From an uncultured Gammaproteobacteria bacterium (lineage in GTDB: Bacteria > Patescibacteriota > Microgenomatia > Levybacterales > UBA12049): a stretch of 64,000 nt of DNA. The stretch covers positions 21,599-85,598 of the forward strand of contig CAZILC010000003.1 in NCBI GenBank assembly GCA_964540055.1, read 5' to 3'. The position numbers were made by a program, and so were the translations under genes. Positions 12,032 through 21,480 of the stretch are shown here, one piece after another. The notes below the pieces were generated by a model, which was given only the letters and a program-made list of their open reading frames with translations, was not told where the DNA came from and did not search any database. Numbering within the stretch: position 1 is the first letter of the stretch; each line of letters opens with the position of its first letter.

Positions 12032-12979
12032 ATGACAGAGCTAGCAGAAGTTCCCCAAGAGGCAGCAAATCCACTAGGAAAACCTGATGCAAAGCATCGT
12101 AGAGATGAAAGAATCCCTGCAGGTGAAACATCAATGCGAAAATTTATAGCAAATACTGTTGAAGAGAGTAAAGGTATTCATGAAGCTTTTAAAAAATCAA
12201 AAAAAGAAAATAGAGCGACGCGTTGGCAAAGGATTTTGCATGCTGTGAATATTCCTGCAAGAATTTGGGGAGCCCGATCTGACCTTGCAGGACAAGCTGA
12301 ACAAGGGTCTACTACTCAAGTTCAAAATGCAGAACCTGAACAATCATCCACTACCAGTGTTGATGCTGCAGAACAAAATGTTGAAAATGCGCATAGAAGA
12401 TCTAAGTCAGAGCGATTTAGAAACGCTGCACGAAGAGTAGCTAAATATTTGGTTAGAGATAAAATAGAACAATTACCAGATGGGTATGTTGCCGAAAGTT
12501 TGAATGATGTGGCGGCTATGCGTAAAACAGATGGATATGAATCTGTATATGATGCCGTGCAAAAAGTTTCTAAAGTTGCACTTCCGGTCAGCGCCAATGC
12601 TGAAACACCTGACGGAGCTCTGGGAAAAGAATTTGCTAATGGATTCATGGGGTATTTAAATGTGCCTGGTGATGAAGGTGATGACGGACTCCAATTGGCA
12701 TTTGGAAGAACTGGAGGCAGACATAGCAGTGATAGCTCAGTTGAAATTGTGCAGTTAGACCCTAAGACAGGTGAACCAATTGGTAAACAAAAACTTATGG
12801 TTCTGCCTGATAAAAGCTTGACAGTATTTCCATTTACCGTAAACGGTAAGGAAATCTCGTTATCGGCAAAAATAGACAGGGGTCAACTTGAATTTGCGAC
12901 AAAGGGTGATAAAAAATTACATATTGGAGAGACTGCCCCCAATCTTGTTGAAAATACTAGTGCTGTTCCTGTAGGCTGA
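12032..12979 (+). CDS. Hypothetical protein (disordered charged N-half, beta-rich C-half)
   Basis: 315-aa ORF; TTGACC...TGnTAAGGT promoter 6 nt upstream; no recognised family. Confidence 0.75.
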   Translation: MTELAEVPQEAANPLGKPDAKHRRDERIPAGETSMRKFIANTVEESKGIHEAFKKSKKENRATRWQRILHAVNIPARIWGARSDLAGQAEQGSTTQVQNAEPEQSSTTSVDAAEQNVENAHRRSKSERFRNAARRVAKYLVRDKIEQLPDGYVAESLNDVAAMRKTDGYESVYDAVQKVSKVALPVSANAETPDGALGKEFANGFMGYLNVPGDEGDDGLQLAFGRTGGRHSSDSSVEIVQLDPKTGEPIGKQKLMVLPDKSLTVFPFTVNGKEISLSAKIDRGQLEFATKGDKKLHIGETAPNLVENTSAVPVG

Positions 12980-13751
12980 GTGTTAGCCATCTGAAATCAT
13001 GACTAGGATGTCTCATCTCTAAAAAGCCTCTCACATTAGTAGCAGCCAATTCCCACGCCCATCTGCCAGGATCGTCTTCCCCCATTTCTCGATTCGGAAA
13101 AGCAGACGTATAGCGATTTCTCAGACGTTCAATTGCATCCTCATCCCCGGTTTTTTGAGAAAGTACGAGCTTATAGTCATCTGAAATAGCTATTGAATCA
13201 TCAGTTTCCAATGCTTCTTGTGCTGTAGTAAATGCAGTGGTTAGCAAATCGATATGAGGCTTAGCGTGGGGACTCAAAAAGAAATCCTGAATTTCTTCAG
13301 CTTTTTTCATTTGAGGCCTTCTGGGATCTTTCGGGTCGGTACGTACAGAATCTCTATATCTACTTATCGAATCGATGACTGTTGTATGTACTACGTCATG
13401 CCAGAGGACACCTAATCGTCCTTCTTTCATTAGATGTTCGTCATCATGGATAGGTTTTTCTGGTGTATCAACAGCACGTTTCACCTTATACAATCTATGT
13501 TCTCTGTTTGCAGCGGCTCCGACTCGTATCAGTTGTCGATCAGACAGAGGTGATCTAAGCAGTGCCGGCCAGCTTATAGGAGGTTTCTGAAGCAGTGCAG
13601 CTGCAGTATAGATAGCGATTCCTCGCGTCTCCTCAGGCCAGCGCTTATTGCCATCAATAAATCCTTTCACCCACGTATCTTTAATGAGTGGATCACGATC
13701 TGGTGTTAATGTAAATTCTGTAAATGGAAGTCGTCCAGGTTTTTCATTCAT
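12957..13751 (-). CDS. Hypothetical protein
   Basis: Long ORF, start MNEKPG 7 nt after TATAAT; convergent 23-nt overlap with the neighbouring gene. Confidence 0.75.
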   Translation of the reverse strand: MNEKPGRLPFTEFTLTPDRDPLIKDTWVKGFIDGNKRWPEETRGIAIYTAAALLQKPPISWPALLRSPLSDRQLIRVGAAANREHRLYKVKRAVDTPEKPIHDDEHLMKEGRLGVLWHDVVHTTVIDSISRYRDSVRTDPKDPRRPQMKKAEEIQDFFLSPHAKPHIDLLTTAFTTAQEALETDDSIAISDDYKLVLSQKTGDEDAIERLRNRYTSAFPNREMGEDDPGRWAWELAATNVRGFLEMRHPSHDFRWLTLSLQEQH

Positions 13752-13852
13752 GCAACGAATTATACAGGATAGATGCAAAATGTAGCCTCTATAGTCTTTT
13801 TTGTTTTTCGCGACAAATGTCTTATTTCAGAGTATACTTGTAGTCGGTTCTT

Positions 13853-14710
13853 ATGCATGCAAAAAAAATTACTGCAACAATTAAGAGCAAAGCGAAGCAA
13901 TTTAGTAGAAATGCACTAGTTGCGCAAGCGATCCGTTTGGGCTATTTTAGCCGTGGTGTTTTTTATAGTCTGATCGGAATATTTGCGTTTAGCCTTGCAC
14001 TTGGTATTGGAAAAGGTGCTATAAGTCAACAAGATATTTTTTTATCCATTAGTCATATTCCCTACGGTTTCTGGGTTCTTTTTATATTCCTAATCGGAAT
14101 GGCTGGTTATTCATTATGGGGTTTTATTCGGGCGACAATGGATTATCTTTTCCCCCACCATACGCATATACCATTCGTTAAGCGAATTGGCTATATTTTC
14201 AGCGGTATTTTTTATGCATCACTGCTTTTTCCGATTCTTGCAATACTTTTTAATAAACCCGAAAATTCTGCGCATACTGATTCCTTAAAAAACATTTCCG
14301 CAATGTTATTGCATATACCTTTTGGGCAAGTGTTTCTTTTTGCAATTGGAATTACCAGCTTTTTTTCAGGATGTATGCAAATTAGAAGAGCAATGTTGGC
14401 TAAAAAAACTTCGGATGTAAACTATTCTAAAAAGATCAAAAATGACCATATTTTTTTAGTAATCTCACGAATCGGCATTGCAAGTCGTGGGTTAATTTGG
14501 ACAATGGTTGGAATTTTTGCTATTATAGCTGGCGTCTACGCTGATCCATCCCGAATTCAGGATACGAATGAAGTATTTAATACATTGAAATTCTTACCGT
14601 TTGGATCGTTTATTGTGATGATTCTTGCTTGTGGTTTTATTCTTTTTGGACTGTATTCAATGAGTCTTAGTGTATGGGGAAAATTACCTAATAATGAAGA
14701 AGACATCTAA
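13853..14710 (+). CDS. DUF1206-type integral membrane protein
   Basis: Repeated RLGYFSRGVFY / RIGYIFSGIFY / RIGIASRGLIW units each followed by PYG/PFG; about 7 TM segments. Confidence 0.8.
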   Translation: MHAKKITATIKSKAKQFSRNALVAQAIRLGYFSRGVFYSLIGIFAFSLALGIGKGAISQQDIFLSISHIPYGFWVLFIFLIGMAGYSLWGFIRATMDYLFPHHTHIPFVKRIGYIFSGIFYASLLFPILAILFNKPENSAHTDSLKNISAMLLHIPFGQVFLFAIGITSFFSGCMQIRRAMLAKKTSDVNYSKKIKNDHIFLVISRIGIASRGLIWTMVGIFAIIAGVYADPSRIQDTNEVFNTLKFLPFGSFIVMILACGFILFGLYSMSLSVWGKLPNNEEDI

Positions 14711-15443
14711 TAACAAACAAATTACTGTTGAAAAAGTCAGCACAAAAATACAGGAAGAAATTGTTACAAAACCGGTTCGTAAGAGAAGGACAATCACCCT
14801 TCGAATTTTTCTTGGTATTGCAGTGAGTGCGTTTACTTTGCTTGCGTTTGTAGCTCACACAGTACATTATTTCCCCATTGATCTGATCATAACGAGATCC
14901 ATACAGTCATTTCATCCTGCATGGTTTGATCTCCTTATGAAATTTACCAGTTATATTGGATTTCCTCCGCAAGCAGATATATTTGTTTTAGTTGTCGTTA
15001 TAGGTATGTTTATTTTCGGACTTCGCTTTGAAGCTATCGTTACTTTTTTAAATGCGATTCTCATTACTCTTATTAATATATTTTTAAAGGATCTTATCGG
15101 CAGACCTCGACCAAGCGCTGATCTGGTACAAGTATTTTCTCAAGTGGGACAAACCAGTTTTCCAAGCGGACATGTTATGTTTTATCTTGCTGTGTTTGGC
15201 TATTTTTGGTTTCTCTGTTTTACTATGTTAAAAAAATCACTTCTTAGATTTATTCTTTTATTTATTTTATCTGCGAGTATTATTCTTATAGCTCCATCAC
15301 GAATTTATCTGGGAGCGCATTGGGCAAGTGATGTATTGGGTGCCTATCTATTCAGTAGTATCTGGTTGTTAGTCGTTATTGAATTTCATAATTGGGGCAA
15401 ATCCCGTTTCTTTGTCAAACAACCTGTGGCACCGGAAAAATAA
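14694..15443 (+). CDS. PAP2-family membrane lipid phosphatase
   Basis: KDLIGRPRP, FPSGH, SRIYLGAHWASD (C1-C3 motifs). Confidence 0.92.
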   Translation: MKKTSNNKQITVEKVSTKIQEEIVTKPVRKRRTITLRIFLGIAVSAFTLLAFVAHTVHYFPIDLIITRSIQSFHPAWFDLLMKFTSYIGFPPQADIFVLVVVIGMFIFGLRFEAIVTFLNAILITLINIFLKDLIGRPRPSADLVQVFSQVGQTSFPSGHVMFYLAVFGYFWFLCFTMLKKSLLRFILLFILSASIILIAPSRIYLGAHWASDVLGAYLFSSIWLLVVIEFHNWGKSRFFVKQPVAPEK

Positions 15444-15444
15444 C

Positions 15445-16140
15445 ATGAAAAAACAATTATATAAACAAATCGGGATCTATCTTGGCTATTATTTGTTACT
15501 CGCACTCTTTTCAGTTATTTTGGGATATCTGGTAATCTCTGTGCCATTTATCAAAGTATTTGATAATTATTTGTATGTAAAGATCAATGGTTTGCCGCAT
15601 ACACATCTTACGAATTCAATAATCTGGCCGTTTGATTTGTGGTTTTTTCCCTATCCACAGATTTTCTTTTTCCCAGCATATTTTTATTTTATTTTTGCTG
15701 GATTTCTTCTGTATATGGGTATTTTCAAGCGTTCGTTATTTAAATGGGCTCTTGTATCATTGATTTTGGGATATATGCTTGCCGCATTATTGTTAACACT
15801 TGATTGGCATTTTATCTTTCGTCATCGTCCATTTGAATTTTTGCCAAGCACCGTTGATCGTGTATCAAGAATAGCCTTGATGAAGTTCCCATCATATCCC
15901 TCAGGACATGTGCGGGATACAACATTTGTAAGCACCATTATCGTATCGTTTATACCTGGTGCTAAATGGCTGATGGTTTTATTTGTTATCTTTATTGCTT
16001 TTACAAGAGTGTATCAGGGCGCACATTATCCAACTGATGTTCTGGCAGGAATTCTCTTTGGGTATTTGGTAGGTATTATAACTTTTAAAATAGTAATGGT
16101 TATTCGCAAAATAGTTGCTGAAAGGAAAGAACATACATAA
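15445..16140 (+). CDS. PAP2-family membrane phosphatase
   Basis: FRHRP, YPSGH, TRVYQGAHYPTD; C1 Lys replaced. Confidence 0.9.
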   Translation: MKKQLYKQIGIYLGYYLLLALFSVILGYLVISVPFIKVFDNYLYVKINGLPHTHLTNSIIWPFDLWFFPYPQIFFFPAYFYFIFAGFLLYMGIFKRSLFKWALVSLILGYMLAALLLTLDWHFIFRHRPFEFLPSTVDRVSRIALMKFPSYPSGHVRDTTFVSTIIVSFIPGAKWLMVLFVIFIAFTRVYQGAHYPTDVLAGILFGYLVGIITFKIVMVIRKIVAERKEHT

Positions 16141-16143
16141 ATC

Positions 16144-17130
16144 ATGGCTTCAGCAAAAAAACCAGCTAATGCTATAAAATTTATTTTTAATCCTCATGCG
16201 GGAGAAAAACGTAAAAGTATCGGTGGGGGTAACGGTGTCTCTCTTGATGAAATAAAATCTCTGTTACAACAATATCAGCTGCCCGTAGATTATGCACCTA
16301 CAAAAGGTCCAAAGCATGCAACACAGTTGGCAAAGGAAGGTATCTCTGAAGGGTATGAAACAGTAATCGTCGCTGGTGGCGATGGGACAGTAAATGAGGC
16401 TGCAAATGGTTTGGTAGGAAGCGATATAAATCTTGGAATAATCCCTATGGGGACATTTATGAATATTGCTCATATGCTCTCAATTCCACTGGATATTGAA
16501 AAAGCAATTGCAATTATTAAAATTAAACGAATTCGCAAAATTGATGTAGGGCAAGTGACCAAATTGGAAGGTGAAAAATTAACTGATCCTTATTATTTTA
16601 TCGAATCTTCAGGAATTGGTCTTGATGCACATGTACAGGATTATTTTAAAAAAATAGAAAGGGGCGACTTGCAAAATATATTTCCTCTCATTCATAAGTT
16701 TTTTAAATTCAGATCTGGCTTAACTGAAATTGTAACTGATGCAAAAAAAATTACTTGTAAAGCAAGTATTATTAATGTCGCAAATGGTCCTTACGCGGGA
16801 GCAAATTTTAGAATGTCACCTTCTGCAAAGCTAAATGATCACCGTTTGACTGTTTCAATATATTCAATGACACAATGGGAATTGGTAAAATATTTTTTGA
16901 AAATGAAATTGACGCAAAAATCTGATGGACGAAGATTACATACAATAAAAGCAAAAAATGTTAAAATTCAAACCACAACTGAAGATATGTACGTACATGT
17001 GGATGCGAGTTTGTTTGGTTCACCTCCTGTAAATTACAAAATTATTCCAAACGCCTTAAATGTCATTTGTGGTTTTCCCGCATCTTCTGACCCGGTTTCT
17101 ATTTCATCACGAACGACGTTAGATCCTTAA
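16144..17130 (+). CDS. Diacylglycerol/lipid kinase family (YegS/DgkB)
   Basis: FNPHAG, AGGDGTVNE, IPMGTFMN, GIGLDA, NGPYAG. Confidence 0.92.
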   Translation: MASAKKPANAIKFIFNPHAGEKRKSIGGGNGVSLDEIKSLLQQYQLPVDYAPTKGPKHATQLAKEGISEGYETVIVAGGDGTVNEAANGLVGSDINLGIIPMGTFMNIAHMLSIPLDIEKAIAIIKIKRIRKIDVGQVTKLEGEKLTDPYYFIESSGIGLDAHVQDYFKKIERGDLQNIFPLIHKFFKFRSGLTEIVTDAKKITCKASIINVANGPYAGANFRMSPSAKLNDHRLTVSIYSMTQWELVKYFLKMKLTQKSDGRRLHTIKAKNVKIQTTTEDMYVHVDASLFGSPPVNYKIIPNALNVICGFPASSDPVSISSRTTLDP

Positions 17131-18044
17131 GGAGTAAGTATCGTTAGAGCGCGAGGCAGGATTTCAATCGTTAATTGTTTGGTTGGAGGGAAAATATTTC
17201 CATCACACTCAAATGCTTTTTTCCTACCAATTACTGAAATGACAATCTTTTTCCCTTTTAAAAACGTATAATGAGGACTTTTATTAATATTTCCGGATAC
17301 AGTGTGTCGTAACAAACTAATCCAGTAGTACCAGTTTTTTGCCTGAATAATGCCGATTGAAAGTCTGCCGTTGGTTGCTGAAGTTTGAGGCACAAGATAA
17401 TATCCACCTTGAATTTTGCCTAAATTCGCGGCAAGAATTGTTTTCGCTCTAACTATAATTGGTTTGTTTTCATCTACTTGTAATTTATATATTGTTGATG
17501 AACGGAGTAAACTTCTCAGTGCTGAATACAAATATGCAAGTACACCAATTCTATTTTTTAATTGTCTATTAGCACCCTTTATCATTTCTGCATCAAACCC
17601 GATTCCTGCTAAAATGGCAAAATAAATTGCATTTGCGCGCCCTATATCTATTTTGAGAGGTTTTCCGTGAAGTGCAATTTTCATGCTTTTTGTAGTATCC
17701 AGAGGAATACGTACATTTTGAGCAAATAAATTTCCTGTTCCAAGAGGCACGATTCCGACAGTTATATTTTTATTTACACATGCGCCAACGACTTCCATAA
17801 TTGTTCCATCACCTCCACAAACAATCAAATGAGTAACCCCCTTTTTTATTGCTTGACTTGCTATATCTGTTGCTGTGTTCTGTATTGTGGTAGTTTGCAA
17901 TTCACCATCCCATCCATTTTCCTTTGCAATTGACTGGATGGTTTTTTTTCTGTCTTTCTCATTACCGGGACCACTTACAGGATTAAGAATGATAAGTGGT
18001 GATCGGGCGTTGTGATTTATTTTATTTATCCCCTTTTTTTGCAT
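17127..18044 (-). CDS. Diacylglycerol/lipid kinase family (YegS/DgkB)
   Basis: LNPVSG, CGGDGTIME, VPLGTGNLFA, GIGFDA, ECDG. Confidence 0.92.
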   Translation of the reverse strand: MQKKGINKINHNARSPLIILNPVSGPGNEKDRKKTIQSIAKENGWDGELQTTTIQNTATDIASQAIKKGVTHLIVCGGDGTIMEVVGACVNKNITVGIVPLGTGNLFAQNVRIPLDTTKSMKIALHGKPLKIDIGRANAIYFAILAGIGFDAEMIKGANRQLKNRIGVLAYLYSALRSLLRSSTIYKLQVDENKPIIVRAKTILAANLGKIQGGYYLVPQTSATNGRLSIGIIQAKNWYYWISLLRHTVSGNINKSPHYTFLKGKKIVISVIGRKKAFECDGNIFPPTKQLTIEILPRALTILTP

Positions 18045-19239
18045 AATATTTTCTCCCTTTTAATTTTTCCGGTAAATATGACAAGTTTTTTTCCGGTCCA
18101 ATGTGTCCATTTTTCCAGTTGTAACCTTTTGCATATCCTAATTCTTTCATGAGTTTGGTAGGTGCGTTTCTCAGATGAAGCGGGACAGGTTCATTGGGAA
18201 AATTGATTACATCCTCTCGTGCTTTGGCAAACGCATCAATGGCACTCCTATCTTTTTTTGCACTGGCGAGATAGGTAACTCCATGGGCGAGATTGATTGC
18301 ACATTCAGGATAGCCGATTGTTTCGACTGCGCGAAAAACATCATTTGCTACAACAAGCGCCGTCGGCTGAGCCATCCCAATGTCTTCTGATGCGAAAATT
18401 ACCATTCTACGCGCGATAAATTTTGGATCTTCTCCACCTTCAATCATTCTGGCAAGATAATAAAGAGATGCATCGACATTTGATCCGCGCATGGATTTGA
18501 TAAATGCTGAGATGATGTTGTAATGTTCATCTGCCTTTTTATCGTAAAGGCCTACTGTGCGGGTTTGGAAAATATCTTTTATCGTAACTGGTGTAATTTC
18601 TTTTTCGTTGTATGTTGTTACTGCCATCTCAAGCGCATTTAACATAATCCTCGCGTCTCCTCCGGATAGTCTTAGTAATAATTCCTCAGCTTCCTCATTA
18701 ATTTTTTTCTTGTACTCCCCTACTCCAGTTTTTTTATCAGTTAGGGCTCTTTGAATGATGGTTTGCAAATCCTGTGTTTGTAATCCTTGTAAAACGAAGA
18801 TTCTTGATCGTGATAAAAGCGCGCTAATTATTTCAAAAGAAGGATTTTCTGTGGTTGCACCAATTAAGATAATATTGCCATTTTCGACACTCGGTAAGAG
18901 CGTGTCCTGTTGGGCCTTATTCCATCTATGAATTTCATCGATAAATAGGATTGTTTTTTGTTTGCTTTTTTGTGCCCGTTCAACGATCTCTATCAGATCT
19001 TTTTTCCCGCTCGTTACCCCTGAAAGTGCATGGAAATCTGCGTGTATATTTTTAGCGATAAGATGAGCAAGCGTTGTTTTCCCTGATCCCGGAGGACCCC
19101 AGAAAATCATCGATGTAACTGTTTGATTTGCAATCATTTTTCGGATGATGCCATTTTCTCCTATTAATTGTTCCTGACCGACGTATTCGTCAAGCGTTTG
19201 CGGTCGCATTCTATATGCGAGGTTTGAGGTTCGATTCAT
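18022..19239 (-). CDS. rarA: Replication-associated recombination protein A (AAA+)
   Basis: LAYRMRP, WGPPGSGKTT, FIDEIHRWNKAQQD, GATTENPSFE, SAFIKSMRGS, VPLHLRNAPT. Confidence 0.96.
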   Translation of the reverse strand: MNRTSNLAYRMRPQTLDEYVGQEQLIGENGIIRKMIANQTVTSMIFWGPPGSGKTTLAHLIAKNIHADFHALSGVTSGKKDLIEIVERAQKSKQKTILFIDEIHRWNKAQQDTLLPSVENGNIILIGATTENPSFEIISALLSRSRIFVLQGLQTQDLQTIIQRALTDKKTGVGEYKKKINEEAEELLLRLSGGDARIMLNALEMAVTTYNEKEITPVTIKDIFQTRTVGLYDKKADEHYNIISAFIKSMRGSNVDASLYYLARMIEGGEDPKFIARRMVIFASEDIGMAQPTALVVANDVFRAVETIGYPECAINLAHGVTYLASAKKDRSAIDAFAKAREDVINFPNEPVPLHLRNAPTKLMKELGYAKGYNWKNGHIGPEKNLSYLPEKLKGRKYYAKKGDK

Positions 19240-19262
19240 GGGGACATTGTAACATACCCTTA

Positions 19263-19544
19263 TTAAGGTGTTGTTGTGGGTTCTACTGTAACAGTATTTG
19301 TTGTTTCTGGAGTTGCCGTTATTACCACATGGTACACAGTCGGTCCTGCTGTTGGCACATGAGTTATCTCTGGGGGTACGGTTGCACTTTGACCGGCTGT
19401 TGTGGGGATTAGTGTTTCGGTAATTGTAGGATGAGGAGCAGTAATAACGATACTTTTATTTTTATTATTCTGGTTAACAAATACAATTGTTAGGAGGATA
19501 ACTAAGATTACAATTATTATAATAATCCAATGTCTGCCCTTCAT
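19263..19544 (-). CDS. Small membrane-anchored Thr/Pro-rich protein
   Basis: MKGRHW + single hydrophobic helix + TAP/PTT-rich tail; TAAGAT 7 nt upstream. Confidence 0.7.
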   Translation of the reverse strand: MKGRHWIIIIIVILVILLTIVFVNQNNKNKSIVITAPHPTITETLIPTTAGQSATVPPEITHVPTAGPTVYHVVITATPETTNTVTVEPTTTP

Positions 19545-19660
19545 TGAGGCTATCTTAACAGTTAGATACAAGAGGTGAATGAAATAGTAGTAAGAAGTAA
19601 GTAGCAAGAGCGAAATATTTTGAGGACGTAAGGTAATTTACTGCAGAAATTGGTTTGACT

Positions 19661-20284
19661 CTATTTCCCTCCAAACAGACTGGTAAAGAATGAGATTATA
19701 AGCATAATAAATTGGAGGAACAATTGGAGTAAATTGCCGCCGCCGCCAGTTGTGGGAATTGTGGTAGGAACGGGTTGTTGCGTTGGCTGTGTTGATGTGC
19801 CGGGAGTCTGAGAAATTGTTGGCGTTGGACATCCTGCACCCAGACAGACATTTGTAGGTGCTGGAGTGGCAGGAGTTGGAGTAGCCTCACAGGCAACAGG
19901 TTCACAACCTTTTCCAAGTGTATCCTGATAGCAAACAGCACCGGTTCCGCAATCTGCATTGGTATTACATGACTTGGAACAAATGCCTGAGCCATTAAGT
20001 TGAATATCTGCAGAACAAATGGATGCTTGTAATCCCTGACATTGACCGCCGCCTTGTGTGCAGTATTTGCCAATTCCCTGTTCATTGCCCATATCACCAG
20101 GTGAACCACAGGTTTGTGACTGAGCATGTTGCTGGTAGGTTTGTTTAGTTTGAATTTGAAAAAGTGCCAAATATAAAGCAGCAAGCAAAATACCAAAAAC
20201 GATGAAATATTTTTTGGTGAATTTCGATTGTCCTTTTGATTTGGCAGCCGGTTTGGATGCGGCTTTTTTGAGCTTCTTGGGCAT
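19661..20284 (-). CDS. Secreted/membrane-anchored Cys-rich protein with C-terminal amphipathic helix
   Basis: Basic N-terminus, TM helix, QQHAQ, 10-Cys domain CGSPGDMGNEQGIGKYC..., PT linker, CLGAGC, LLQLFLQFIMLIISFFTSLFG. Confidence 0.85.
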   Translation of the reverse strand: MPKKLKKAASKPAAKSKGQSKFTKKYFIVFGILLAALYLALFQIQTKQTYQQHAQSQTCGSPGDMGNEQGIGKYCTQGGGQCQGLQASICSADIQLNGSGICSKSCNTNADCGTGAVCYQDTLGKGCEPVACEATPTPATPAPTNVCLGAGCPTPTISQTPGTSTQPTQQPVPTTIPTTGGGGNLLQLFLQFIMLIISFFTSLFGGK

Positions 20285-20331
20285 AGTCTATCTCAACAGT
20301 AGCAGAGTTTTTTGTCCGTTGTCAATGACTT

Positions 20332-21441
20332 TTATAGGTTTGGATTATTAATTTCTCGGAGGAATAAATTATAATCAGTTTGATCTACTTTACCATCATC
20401 GTTAAGATCGGAGGCTTGTATTTGTTCCGCGTTGCATGATTTATTTTGTCTTAATAGACTAATACACTGAATAATTTTGTTGTAATCCAATGTGTTTACT
20501 GCGTCATCATTATTTACATCACCTGCAATGAGTGATGCTGGATCGACAATTGTCTGTTGTCCAATGATCACGGGTACACTGTCTAGTGTCGCGGTGATAA
20601 AGCTTGAGGTTTTAATAGTTACCGTATAGTTTCCGGTTACCAAAATATTCCCTAAATCCGCGGTTCCTGTAAAGGCACCCTTGGCAGGATCATAACTAAA
20701 TTCCTTATTTTGTGTGATAAGTGGAAGATTTTGCGTTCCTACAACTGAAATGGTAAAGGTTCGCTTGGTATGCAGTGGAGATTTATTACTTAAGGTACTT
20801 AGCTGGGTGCGATTATCTCCACTATTTCCAATTCCATGCAGGAAAATTTTGAAAATGAGAACCGATGAATTCGGTTTTGCTGTCGGCACAGGAGTTTGCG
20901 TTGGATATACAGTAGGAATAGGCTTGTACGTTGGTGTGGGGGTGGGTTTGCTGGTTGGTTTGGCTGTGGGTTTTGGAGTTGTTGTGGGTTGAAGTTTGAT
21001 AGTCGGTTGTGGTTGTGCTGTGGGTTTTGGAGTCGCAGTTGGCTGCTCTGTTGTACAAACATCAGGTTTACATCCTTTTCCGAGTGCATCTTGATAACAA
21101 GTTGCGCCTGTTCCACAATCCGCGTCTGTATTACACGATTTGGAACAAATACCATGTCCGTTTAGTTGAATATCAGCAGAACAAATCGGCGAACTTGTAC
21201 CGAGACACTGTCCCCCACCCTGCGTGCAATATTTCCCGACTCCCATGGCATTTCCTTGATCACCCGGAACGCCACAAGTTGCGGATTGTGCGTGTTGCAT
21301 AATGCTTTGTCTTTGCTGCGTCTGCAAAACGGTGAACGACAAGGTAACTAAAAGAAAGAGTGAGATCAAAAGCGTCACATATTTTGAGTGCTTTTTAGTT
21401 CTTTTTTTAGATATTGGACGGGATAGAATTTTTCTCGGCAT
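20332..21441 (-). CDS. Cys-rich surface protein with C-terminal dockerin-like domain
   Basis: Same 10-Cys domain as the neighbouring gene; PT/PK linker; duplicated Ca-binding loops GDVNNDDAVNTLDY and SDLNDDGKVDQTDY. Confidence 0.85.
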   Translation of the reverse strand: MPRKILSRPISKKRTKKHSKYVTLLISLFLLVTLSFTVLQTQQRQSIMQHAQSATCGVPGDQGNAMGVGKYCTQGGGQCLGTSSPICSADIQLNGHGICSKSCNTDADCGTGATCYQDALGKGCKPDVCTTEQPTATPKPTAQPQPTIKLQPTTTPKPTAKPTSKPTPTPTYKPIPTVYPTQTPVPTAKPNSSVLIFKIFLHGIGNSGDNRTQLSTLSNKSPLHTKRTFTISVVGTQNLPLITQNKEFSYDPAKGAFTGTADLGNILVTGNYTVTIKTSSFITATLDSVPVIIGQQTIVDPASLIAGDVNNDDAVNTLDYNKIIQCISLLRQNKSCNAEQIQASDLNDDGKVDQTDYNLFLREINNPNL

Positions 21442-21480
21442 AACGACAAGAATATCTCGAGCGTAACAAATTGATTGAGC

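Noticed and set aside
12640-12960. FHA domain suggested by AFGR in the 315-aa orphan
   Set aside because: The downstream SxxH and NG motifs are not in the expected spacing
20332-20530. Cellulosome
   Set aside because: A dockerin-like domain is present, but there is no cohesin or glycoside hydrolase in the window
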